Below, piece by piece: positions 26,970-34,967 of a DNA stretch of 64,000 nucleotides. Below the pieces are notes generated by a model. It saw only the letters and a list, made by a program, of their open reading frames with translations, had not been told where the DNA came from and ran no database searches. The position numbers and the translations under genes are program-made. Location: positions 3,378-67,377 of the forward strand of contig JAJCZG010000119.1 of the NCBI GenBank assembly GCA_029262475.1, read 5' to 3'. This stretch comes from Deltaproteobacteria bacterium. Lineage in GTDB: Bacteria > Desulfobacterota > GWC2-55-46 > JAJCZF01. The stretch's first letter is position 1, and each line of letters opens with the position of its first letter.

Positions 26970-27712
26970 AGTATTATCGCGACCATCAACGCGATGAGCG
27001 CGAGGCTTACGAGCTGTGCCGCCTTTAAGGGCCCGAACATCAGGCTGTCGGCCCTGAAATGCTCAACAATAAACCTCCCAACCGAGTAGAGCATGAAGTA
27101 GAGGGCAAATATAAAGCCGTCCTTATGCTCCCTCTTCCTCACCACGAACCAGAGGAAGCAGAATATCGTAACGTTAAAAAGGAGCTCGTAGAGCATGGTA
27201 GGGTGCGTCGGCATCCCCGGGAACTGGCTCCCGGCCGGAGTGTTGAGCGGAAAGACCACGCCCCAGGGCATATCCGTCACCCTGCCGTGGGCATCGCCGT
27301 TCATGAAATTACCGAAACGCCCGAATGCCTGCCCTATTATTAGCGACGGGGCCACGGCGTCGCTCATTTTCCAGAACGGCACCGTCTTCCTCCTTAGATA
27401 TAACCACGCCCCTGACACTCCGCCGATAAGGCCGCCGTGTATGGCAAGCCCCCCATGCCATATTGCCGGAATCTCGGCAGGGTGCGCCAGATATACGTCG
27501 AGGTTAAATACGACGTAATAGAGACGCGCTACGAGTATGCCCCCTATCACGCACCAGGTGATGAGGTTTGGAAGCTCATCTTCTGTAAGTGGGATTGACT
27601 TTCTCTTAACCTCGTGCTTTATAATTATCCAAGCCGAAATGATAGCCACAACGTACATGAGGCCGTAGAAGCGGATAACTATCGGGCCGAATTCAAATAG
27701 TATTGGGTGCAA
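26939..27712 (-). CDS. lgt: Prolipoprotein diacylglyceryl transferase
   Basis: MHPILFEFGPIVIRFYGLMYVVAI..., ...HGGLAIHGGLIGG... and ...GRFGNFMNGD...G form the Lgt signature. The gene is embedded in the thi operon. Confidence 0.85.
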   Translation of the reverse strand: MHPILFEFGPIVIRFYGLMYVVAIISAWIIIKHEVKRKSIPLTEDELPNLITWCVIGGILVARLYYVVFNLDVYLAHPAEIPAIWHGGLAIHGGLIGGVSGAWLYLRRKTVPFWKMSDAVAPSLIIGQAFGRFGNFMNGDAHGRVTDMPWGVVFPLNTPAGSQFPGMPTHPTMLYELLFNVTIFCFLWFVVRKREHKDGFIFALYFMLYSVGRFIVEHFRADSLMFGPLKAAQLVSLALIALMVAIILWKRLWSKEA

Positions 27713-27738
27713 GGGGTCTTCCTCTTTCTTTTATCTAA

Positions 27739-28515
27739 CTAACCTATAAGTCCGTCCAGGGGGCTCGAAGCAGTGGCATAGAGCTTCCTCGGTATCCTGC
27801 CGGAGAGGTAAGCGAGCCTCCCGGCCTCTACGGCACAGTTCATGGCGCGCGCCATCCGTACCGGGTCCCTGGCCCCGGCGATACCGGTATTCATGAGGAG
27901 AGCGTCGCAGCCTAGCTCCATTGCGATAGCAGCGTCCGATGCCGTGCCGACCCCTGCGTCAACGATCACCGGCACGCTGACCGTCTCCATTATAATCCGT
28001 ATATTATACGGGTTCCTTATGCCGAGCCCCGATCCTATAGGGGCCGCAAGCGGCATTACAGCGGCGCAGCCCGCGTCTTCGAGCTTCCTTGCCATAATCG
28101 GGTCGTCGGTCGTATACGGAAGCACCGTAAAACCTTCTTTAACGAGTATGCGGGCCGCCACAAGTAGCGCCTCGTTATCGGGGAATAACGTCTTCTCGTC
28201 CCCTATTACCTCAAGCTTTACGAGATCGGTATCCATCGCCTCCCTTGCGAGCATCGACGTCCTTACCGCATCGTCTGCGGTAAAGCACGCTGCGGTATTC
28301 GGTAGCAGCGTATACTTATCAGTATCTATATGGTCTAAGAGGGATTCCTTTGTCCTGTCGAGGTTAACCCTTCGTACGGCTACCGTTACTATCTCGGCGC
28401 CCGAGGCGTCAAGGGCTGCTATCATCTCTTCGTTCGTTTTGTACTTACCGGTTCCGACCATGAGCCTCGAGCGAAAGACCCTGTCGCCAATCTTAAAAGT
28501 ATCATCACCCGTCAT
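27739..28515 (-). CDS. thiG: Thiazole synthase
   Basis: [25 protein letters not shown]... and ...TVLPY... give ThiG TIM-barrel conservation. Confidence 0.9.
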   Translation of the reverse strand: MTGDDTFKIGDRVFRSRLMVGTGKYKTNEEMIAALDASGAEIVTVAVRRVNLDRTKESLLDHIDTDKYTLLPNTAACFTADDAVRTSMLAREAMDTDLVKLEVIGDEKTLFPDNEALLVAARILVKEGFTVLPYTTDDPIMARKLEDAGCAAVMPLAAPIGSGLGIRNPYNIRIIMETVSVPVIVDAGVGTASDAAIAMELGCDALLMNTGIAGARDPVRMARAMNCAVEAGRLAYLSGRIPRKLYATASSPLDGLIG

Positions 28516-28549
28516 CTCTTATCTCCTCCATTATTCCAGTAGAAATTTA

Positions 28550-28750
28550 TTAGCCTCCGCCGACCATGCGTATCACTTCGACGGTGTCGCCTTCCTTTAA
28601 GCGCGTCTCCTCGTGGCGTCCCTTGGGGACTACCTCTCTATTTAGTTCAACGGCTATGCCCCTCCGTTCTATCTCAAGGGCGTTTAACATATCAAGGACC
28701 GATATGCCGTCGGCCAAAACCTTTTCTTCTCCGTTAAGTAGAAGCTTCAT
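28550..28750 (-). CDS. thiS: Sulfur-carrier protein ThiS
   Basis: A 66-aa protein with the MKLLLNGEE... beta-grasp fold that ends in ...VGGG, i.e. a C-terminal Gly-Gly. Confidence 0.85.
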   Translation of the reverse strand: MKLLLNGEEKVLADGISVLDMLNALEIERRGIAVELNREVVPKGRHEETRLKEGDTVEVIRMVGGG

Positions 28751-28765
28751 AGCATATACCCCCCC

Positions 28766-30151
28766 CTAAAAATAAATATCCCTCTTTCCGTCCTTAAGCT
28801 CTTTGAACTTTTTCTTGAGCTCTTCTTTCACGGCCTCGTTCTTTACTTCACTTAGGGCGTCGTCAATCGAGCCGTTAAATACTGGGGCTGTGCCATTGGC
28901 CCTGCCGTCGAGCAAGTATTCCTTTAAGGTCAGTATGGCGTTTGCGCCGCAAAAGTGGCCCATCTCCCCGGAGGTGGTAATTTGCGTAAACTCCTCACCT
29001 ACCCTGCCGACGCGGTAACATGCCGTACATAAGCTCGGTATATGCCCCGACTTCGCAATCGAGGCCATCACCTCGTCGAGCGAGCGCTCGTCGCTCGTCG
29101 TAAACTGCTTTAAGGTCTCCTCCTTGGCGCCGTCCTTCGGGTTATAGCCGCCGGGGTCGGTGCGTGAAGCGGCACTCACCTGAGAAGCCCCGCACTCTAT
29201 TAGCCTCGCCCTGAGTTCGGCAGACTCCCTGGTAGTAGCCACTACTCCGGCCGAAGGCACCGATAATCTGTAAATACTTACGATTTGCTCCATATCGTCG
29301 TCGGTGACAGTAAACGTCCTATCCTCCATGAGGCTCCCGGTAGCGGGCTTTAACCTCGGGATGGATATCGTATGAGCGTGCGCAGAGAACCTCTCGTATA
29401 GATGGTACGAGTGTGCAACGGTAGCGAGCACCTCGAAGCGCCAGTCGTAGAGCCCTAAGAGAGAGCCTATGCCAACGTCGCCGAAGCCTGCGGTAAGGGC
29501 GCGGTCCATGACCGAGATCCTATAGTCGTAGTCCCGTTTCTTACCTGTAGGGTGCACCTCTTCGTAAGTTGGCCTGTGATACGTCTCCTGAAAGACCTGA
29601 AAGAGGCCGACCCCGGCGCTCTTTAGCTCTCTTAACTCTTCGGTATCCATCGGAGGGGCGTTCACGTGGACTATCCTTATGCCGGTATTTGCGTATATAG
29701 CACGAACCGCATCCTTTATATAGGAGAGCGGCCACCTGGAGTCCTCCCCGAGGACCAAAAGGAGCCTCTTAAAACCCTTTTCTTCAAGAGAGCGAGCCTC
29801 GCTTATTATCTCTTCCGTCGTAAGGGCTTTTCTCTCCACACCGGTATTGGAGCTCCTAAAACCACAGTAGATGCAGCCGTTGGTGCAGTAATTAGTGAGG
29901 TAAAGCGGGGCAAAGAGGACGACACGTTTACCAAAGACTTTTGTCTTCACCTCTGAGGCGGCGGCCCTTATTAGAGCTCTATCCGCCTCACCTGTAGCGT
30001 TTAGGAGGGTAGCGGTCTCCTCTAGCGTTATCCCGCCGGCCTCTTCGGCCTTACTGAGTATTTTCTTTATATCCCCTGTGGAAGGAGCATGGGTTCTCTC
30101 CAGAAGGCTCTCTATTCGATTAGTATCAACTATCATGATCTTATCCCGCAC
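28766..30151 (-). CDS. thiH: Radical SAM tyrosine lyase, ThiH/HydG family, carrying a HydG-type C-terminal CX2CX22C domain
   Basis: A 461-aa protein. LYLTNYCTNGCIYCGF has the CxxxCxxC motif. Near the C-terminus, SLCTACYRVGRVGEEFTQITTSGEMGHFCG has exactly C-x2-C-x22-C, the HydG auxiliary-cluster spacing. The gene lies between a TPP riboswitch and thiS-thiG. Confidence 0.75.
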   Translation of the reverse strand: MRDKIMIVDTNRIESLLERTHAPSTGDIKKILSKAEEAGGITLEETATLLNATGEADRALIRAAASEVKTKVFGKRVVLFAPLYLTNYCTNGCIYCGFRSSNTGVERKALTTEEIISEARSLEEKGFKRLLLVLGEDSRWPLSYIKDAVRAIYANTGIRIVHVNAPPMDTEELRELKSAGVGLFQVFQETYHRPTYEEVHPTGKKRDYDYRISVMDRALTAGFGDVGIGSLLGLYDWRFEVLATVAHSYHLYERFSAHAHTISIPRLKPATGSLMEDRTFTVTDDDMEQIVSIYRLSVPSAGVVATTRESAELRARLIECGASQVSAASRTDPGGYNPKDGAKEETLKQFTTSDERSLDEVMASIAKSGHIPSLCTACYRVGRVGEEFTQITTSGEMGHFCGANAILTLKEYLLDGRANGTAPVFNGSIDDALSEVKNEAVKEELKKKFKELKDGKRDIYF

Positions 30152-30261
30152 GTTATATTCAAAGACGCCCTCTCTCGAGGCGCATGAAGACGAAAAAAGC
30201 CGCCCTGATTAAAAGGCGGCTTGTCGGAGAGAAGGAATAATCTCTCTAAAACAATTTATAT

Positions 30262-30350
30262 AAAGCCGCTTCCCTACGCCGGCATTACCCGGTTCAGGTC
30301 GAAAGGGTCATTCAAACAAGAAACTCTCAGTCCGTGAAGGACTCCCCTAG
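30262..30350 (-). ncRNA. TPP (THI-box) riboswitch in the leader of the thi operon
   Basis: The minus strand reads GGGGAGUCCUUCACGGACUGAGAGUUUCUUGUUUGAAUGACCCUUUCGACCUGAACCGGGUAAUGCCGGCGUAGGGAA. It contains CUGAGA, ACCCUU, GAACCUGA...GGNUAAUGCC and GCGUAGGGA, all in the THI-element order. Confidence 0.85.
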
Positions 30351-30364
30351 CGATTATCGAATAT

Positions 30365-30967
30365 CTACATAAGTTTGCTAGCCGAAATTACCGACTCGGC
30401 GATCTCGTGCATCTTCTTATTCTCCTTCTGAGAATGGCTTTGAAGGAGCTTAAAGGCCTCCTCCTCGCTTATATTACAGCGCTTCATTACGATGCCCTTG
30501 GCCCTCTCGATGAGCTTTCTCGTCTCGATGGCCTGCTTTAAATCCTTTACTTCGTCCTTCAGGCCAAGGAACTGCTCGAAACGCGCCAGGGCGACCTTTA
30601 TCGCCGGCTCAAGGTGTTTCTTTGTGATGGGTTTTACGAGATATGCGAAGACCCCTGCCTCAACAGCCTTATTGGCAAGCTCGTCTGTTGATACTCCCGT
30701 AACGAGGATCACCGGCACGGGATTTTCCTTCGTGATCTCATATGCGGCCTCAATGCCGTCCATCTTCGGCATCTTTACGTCCATTATTACCAGCGAAGGC
30801 ATGTGCTCTTCTGCGAGGGAAACCGCCTCTTCTCCGTTGGATGCGGCACCCACCACTACATAACCAAGCGCCTCCAGATGCCCCTTGAGGCACTTTCTCG
30901 TCTGGGCGTGATCCTCTGCTATAAGTACAGTCTTTCCGTTCTGATGCTGCTTAATTTCTTTGGCCAT
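30365..30967 (-). CDS. ANTAR-domain response regulator (REC + ANTAR RNA-binding antiterminator, AmiR/PdtaR-like)
   Basis: A 200-aa protein. The receiver part has VLIAEDHAQTRK..., ...LVIMDVKMPKMDG... and ...AYLVKP... The ANTAR part has ...RKLIERAKGIVMKRCNISEEEAFKLLQSHSQKENKKMHEIAESVI... Confidence 0.8.
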   Translation of the reverse strand: MAKEIKQHQNGKTVLIAEDHAQTRKCLKGHLEALGYVVVGAASNGEEAVSLAEEHMPSLVIMDVKMPKMDGIEAAYEITKENPVPVILVTGVSTDELANKAVEAGVFAYLVKPITKKHLEPAIKVALARFEQFLGLKDEVKDLKQAIETRKLIERAKGIVMKRCNISEEEAFKLLQSHSQKENKKMHEIAESVISASKLM

Positions 30968-31143
30968 TCTTCACCCGGTATACTGTGTACGTTAAGATTC
31001 ACCAGACCCGTGCGTCGGGTCGATCGCTTATTTGTATTCACTACCTAGTCTATTAAAAATAACCTATATTTAATAGCCCTGTCAAGATAGTTTTTTAGCT
31101 TTAAATGCACTCAGTTAAGATTAAAAGAATATTAAAGTAACTC

Positions 31144-32550
31144 TTATCGCCTAAAGCTACTTGCCCCGTTCTCCCCCCGGCGATCAAGTGAGGTGAATAT
31201 CCTCTCCGAGAGAGTAACGATGGCAAGCACACCCACCACGAAGAACCCGAGGGAGGCGAGATAAAGCCTGTGCTCGAAGATAACGTCTATGATCGGTATA
31301 AAGCTCGAAGTAGGTGATAATGTTATGAAAAACCAGAATATAAAAAATGACGCTACTGCCCCTGTCCCCCGGACGCCGCCAGAAAGCTTGCTGCTTTCGG
31401 CCTCGCCTGTGGCAGGCCCAACGGAGTGGCGAGCGAGGTAAAAGGCCGCGCACAAGATCAACGCCAGTATAAGAAGAGAGACCACGGACGGGGGCTGAGG
31501 GTAATTCAGCACGGTGCCTCCCTTTACCTTCGGGGCCTTGAAGAGTGAGGTTGAAACCGGGAAATCATAATCGATATTCTGGTTAACCGGAACCGCAAGG
31601 AGCGTTATATAATACGTCAGCACGTTTAACTGTGTGTACATATACTCGCTCGGGCTCAGTCCCTTCACGTTAAAACCGGCGCTCTCCCACGACTCCCTTG
31701 GAGCGACACCTTCCGAGGAGACGACCCCGGCGGCGGCTGAGAGACCATCCGAGCCGATGGCTCCGTCACTGAGGTCGCCAAAACCGCCTAGCGGGATGAT
31801 AGTAGAGACGGCGAAGTAGATGAGGAGCGTTAGGAGCAGGGCGTAGAAGGGCGCTCTCTTAACGAGCCCTCTTAGCCCAAAACCACTAAGGAAGTAATAG
31901 TCGTAGAGTATGATAAGGGCTGGGAGCGTAATGGCTATCTCCTTGGAGTAAAAGGCCATTACATAAGTAAATAATACGCCGAAGTAGAGGAGTATCTTCG
32001 ATTGCAGCCGCTTTACTCCGTCGGCGAAGATAAAGAGGAGCAGCGCCAGGAGGCAAAATAATGCGCTAAGGCTCTCCATGCGCTGCACTATATAGGTAAC
32101 CGACTGCGTTTGAACCGGATGAAGGGCGAAGAGGAGCGCGGAGAAAAATGCAACGGCCCTTACCCTCGGCACGGGCCAAGAGAGGCGCGTAAATGTAGCG
32201 GCAAGCACAAAGTACGAGAGTATGGAGCTTATTATGTGTATAAGGGTATTAACCAGATGAAACCCGGTAACGTCTAGCCCGGAGGCCAGGTAATTTAGGG
32301 CGAATGTATGAAAGGTTACGCCGCGTAGCTCCTGAAAGAGTATATACGGCAAGTAGGTGAGGTTCCTTATGCGCGGGTTTCCCGCAATCTGCCTGAAGTC
32401 GTCTAAGTGAAAGGCCGAGGTAAAGGTATTGGAATAGACTACGATAACCGAGGCGCATATGATGGCGGCGGCTACAACGGGAAACAGTCTCGCTGAGAAG
32501 AAGCTACGCATCTCTTCCCTTCTTATCGCTATCTGACACCGCGCTTCCAC
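31144..32550 (-). CDS. GT-C fold membrane glycosyltransferase, TMTC/PMT_2 (DUF1736)-like, with no extra C-terminal domain
   Basis: FHLDDFRQIAGNPRIRN...FHLVNTLIHIISS...ALLFALHPVQTQSVTYIVQR is collinear with the TMTC/PMT_2 motif blocks. The protein is 468 aa and entirely polytopic. Confidence 0.6.
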   Translation of the reverse strand: MEARCQIAIRREEMRSFFSARLFPVVAAAIICASVIVVYSNTFTSAFHLDDFRQIAGNPRIRNLTYLPYILFQELRGVTFHTFALNYLASGLDVTGFHLVNTLIHIISSILSYFVLAATFTRLSWPVPRVRAVAFFSALLFALHPVQTQSVTYIVQRMESLSALFCLLALLLFIFADGVKRLQSKILLYFGVLFTYVMAFYSKEIAITLPALIILYDYYFLSGFGLRGLVKRAPFYALLLTLLIYFAVSTIIPLGGFGDLSDGAIGSDGLSAAAGVVSSEGVAPRESWESAGFNVKGLSPSEYMYTQLNVLTYYITLLAVPVNQNIDYDFPVSTSLFKAPKVKGGTVLNYPQPPSVVSLLILALILCAAFYLARHSVGPATGEAESSKLSGGVRGTGAVASFFIFWFFITLSPTSSFIPIIDVIFEHRLYLASLGFFVVGVLAIVTLSERIFTSLDRRGENGASSFRR

Positions 32551-33175
32551 CAGACGGCTTGGCGCTTCTATTGGACGGCTTACCTGCTGCCCTGCCGGAA
32601 GATTTATTTAATCTCCCGGCGGACGGCCTGGCGCTTCCACCGGACGGCCCGGACTTAGGAGCTCTACCCTTAGCCGAAGGGGATGGCTCACTACTACTAC
32701 CACTACCTGCTTCGTCCGGCTTTGAGGCGGCCTTACCTCTATAGCCGCCTCCTCTTCCTACCCTTCCGGAGCTACTCCTTCCAGTCGGCTTGGCCCCGGA
32801 CGTTCTTCTATCCCTGCCCTTCACCTCACCCGGCTTCCCGTCTCTTGCAAGCTTCTCCTTTAAGAGAGAGAGCTCCTGGGTAAGGACCTTATTCTTGTCA
32901 TAGAGGATGGAGATTACGACAGAGAAGTGAAGGAGTATCAGGATAACGAATATAAAGGCTACCAGGAAGAGCAGCGAGGGGGCGTATGAGACGCCGACCA
33001 TCCCTGCAATCCTGTCCAGAAGGCCGCGCCAGAGCGACAAGATGATAACGACTACGGAGAGCGCGAGCCAGAGGACGGAGTACTTCTCCTTTAGAAGATT
33101 TCGCCTTACGAAGTCCACTACCACTGCGAATAAGAAGACGCTCGCAAGTATGGAAATAATTTGAACGGTATTCAT
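32504..33175 (-). CDS. DUF2304-family small membrane protein with a ~110-aa Gly/Ser/Arg/Lys/Pro-rich C-terminal tail
   Basis: The N-terminal ~110 aa form 3-4 transmembrane helices (…ISILASVFLFAVVVDFVRRNLL…), as in DUF2304 proteins found beside GtrB-like GT2 genes. The tail reads …GRSSSGRVGRGGGYRGKAASKPDEAGSGS…. Confidence 0.55.
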   Translation of the reverse strand: MNTVQIISILASVFLFAVVVDFVRRNLLKEKYSVLWLALSVVVIILSLWRGLLDRIAGMVGVSYAPSLLFLVAFIFVILILLHFSVVISILYDKNKVLTQELSLLKEKLARDGKPGEVKGRDRRTSGAKPTGRSSSGRVGRGGGYRGKAASKPDEAGSGSSSEPSPSAKGRAPKSGPSGGSARPSAGRLNKSSGRAAGKPSNRSAKPSGGSAVSDSDKKGRDA

Positions 33176-33241
33176 AAGCCTCCGAAGCGGAAAACACTGG
33201 TATCTTTATCCATTAAATGTACCATGAGCCGCGCTCTATTT

Positions 33242-33955
33242 CTACTTGTCGGGCCTCCTAAGGAGGTCGACGAAGATGGCGAATAGGACTTTTAGCATAT
33301 AATAGACAGACCACATGGGGGTAATAGAGCTGCTCCCCCCCTTTCTGCCGGTCATCTTAACGGGCACTTCCATTATGCGGAAACCCTTCTTGTGGAGCAT
33401 AACGAGCACCTCGACCTCCGGGTAATCCTCCGGGTAATTCGTGCAATAATACTCTATCACACGCCTCCCGACGGCCCTGAAGCCTGATGTCGTATCCGTA
33501 AGGCGCTCCTTAATGATAAAAGAGACGACCCTTGAAAATATCGCAATACCCGCCCCGCGTGGTATCGACGGCCTGTAGTCCCCGGTCCCCAGGAAGCGTG
33601 AGCCGACGACGACGTCCGCCTCGCCTCTAACGACAGGGGCGACGATCTCTCTAATCTGAATGGCCGGGTGTTGACCGTCGCCGTCCACCTGCACGGCTAT
33701 ATCGTAGCCGTTATCGCGCGCGTATTTATACCCGGTCTGAACGGCGCCGCCTATTCCGAGGTTATAGGCGAGGGTAAGTACCTTCGCACCGCGAGAAGTG
33801 GCAATTTTACCGGTCTCATCCGAGGAGCCGTCGTCTATAACGACAATATCGCCTTCGGGGAAGCCGTCCCTGACCGAATCTATTACAGCTCCGATGGTCG
33901 CCTCTTCCTGAAATGCAGGTACTATAATCAGTGTTTTAGGGATTTTGGGGCTCAT
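33242..33955 (-). CDS. GT2 polyprenyl-phosphate sugar synthase (GtrB / DPM1-like)
   Basis: A 237-aa protein. LIIVPAFQEEATIGAVIDSV...IVVIDDGSSDETG... and ...VQVDGDGQH... are the GT-A DxD/DXDD signature of dolichyl/undecaprenyl-phosphate hexose synthases. Confidence 0.8.
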   Translation of the reverse strand: MSPKIPKTLIIVPAFQEEATIGAVIDSVRDGFPEGDIVVIDDGSSDETGKIATSRGAKVLTLAYNLGIGGAVQTGYKYARDNGYDIAVQVDGDGQHPAIQIREIVAPVVRGEADVVVGSRFLGTGDYRPSIPRGAGIAIFSRVVSFIIKERLTDTTSGFRAVGRRVIEYYCTNYPEDYPEVEVLVMLHKKGFRIMEVPVKMTGRKGGSSSITPMWSVYYMLKVLFAIFVDLLRRPDK

Positions 33956-34028
33956 ATCTGAAGGCCCTTAGAAAGTAAGGTAAATTAACGAGTTACACAA
34001 GAGGGATACAAATACGGTCACAGTAGCC

Positions 34029-34115
34029 GAATGCTTTTTGGTGCCGAAGGGGGGACTCGAACCCCCACAGGCTTTCACCCACTAGAACCTGAATCTAGCG
34101 CGTCTACCAATTCCG
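34029..34115 (-). tRNA. tRNA-Leu (anticodon CAG)
   Basis: The minus strand reads GCCGAAGTGGCGGAATTGGTAGACGCGCTAGATTCAGGTTCTAGTGGGTGAAAGCCTGTGGGGGTTCGAGTCCCCCCTTCGGCACCA. It has a long variable arm, the anticodon loop TTCAGGT (CAG) and an encoded CCA. Confidence 0.9.
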
Positions 34116-34291
34116 CCACTTCGGCCCTTAAAACCCTCTAATTTTGCTTGCAAAAGAGGGTAAATAAAGCTATATTCAGAAGGTCCGGAGCCCTGCTTCG
34201 AAACCTTATCACAATCAACTTCAATCTTAAATATTCGCATACAATCTTTTTTTAGTCAATATATTTCACAGCCGGAGAAAGGGAGACACCG

Positions 34292-34939
34292 ATGAAGTTT
34301 TTTATAGATACGGCCAACATAGAAGAGATCAAAACAGCCGAAGACTGGGGGCTCCTCGACGGCGTCACCACGAACCCTACGCTCATAAGCAGGGAAAACA
34401 GGAGTTTTGAGGAGACGATAAAAGAAATTTGCAGCGTAGTGGACGGGCCGGTTAGCGCCGAGGCCGTGAGCCTCGACTCGGATGGGCTTATAAAAGAGGC
34501 CCATACGCTCGCGGCGATGGACGAAAAGATCGTCGTAAAGATCCCGATGACCCTCGAAGGGCTAAAGGCCGTAAAGGCCGTCTCAAAGGACGGCATAAAG
34601 ACCAACGTTACACTTTGCTTCTCCCCGCTCCAGGCGCTCCTCGCCGCAAAGGCCGGGGCCACATACATAAGCCCTTTTGTCGGACGCCTCGATGATATCT
34701 CCCACACCGGCATGGATCTAATAGAGCAGATAGTCTCCATATACGAGAACTACAACTTCATGACCGAGGTCATCGTCGCAAGCGTTAGAAGCCCGCTCCA
34801 TGTACTTGAGGCCGCCCTCGGCGGCGCCGATATCTCCACCATACCCTTTAACGTCTTAAAGCAACTCGCAAACCACCCCCTTACCGACTCAGGCATAGAA
34901 AAGTTTTTAAAGGACTGGGAGTCGGTGCCCAAAGGCTAG
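34292..34939 (+). CDS. tal: Fructose-6-phosphate aldolase / short transaldolase (Tal/Fsa, MipB family)
   Basis: A 215-aa protein. [14 protein letters not shown]...GVTTNPTL... and ...VKIPMT.EG... give the conserved catalytic Lys region. Confidence 0.85.
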   Translation: MKFFIDTANIEEIKTAEDWGLLDGVTTNPTLISRENRSFEETIKEICSVVDGPVSAEAVSLDSDGLIKEAHTLAAMDEKIVVKIPMTLEGLKAVKAVSKDGIKTNVTLCFSPLQALLAAKAGATYISPFVGRLDDISHTGMDLIEQIVSIYENYNFMTEVIVASVRSPLHVLEAALGGADISTIPFNVLKQLANHPLTDSGIEKFLKDWESVPKG

Positions 34940-34967
34940 AAGCCCCCAAGAGGAGAATTGAACCACC

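Noticed and set aside
27842-28600. 252-aa plus-strand ORF
   Set aside because: It lies antisense to thiG, a well-conserved thiazole synthase. It is Ser/Ala-rich with no motifs.
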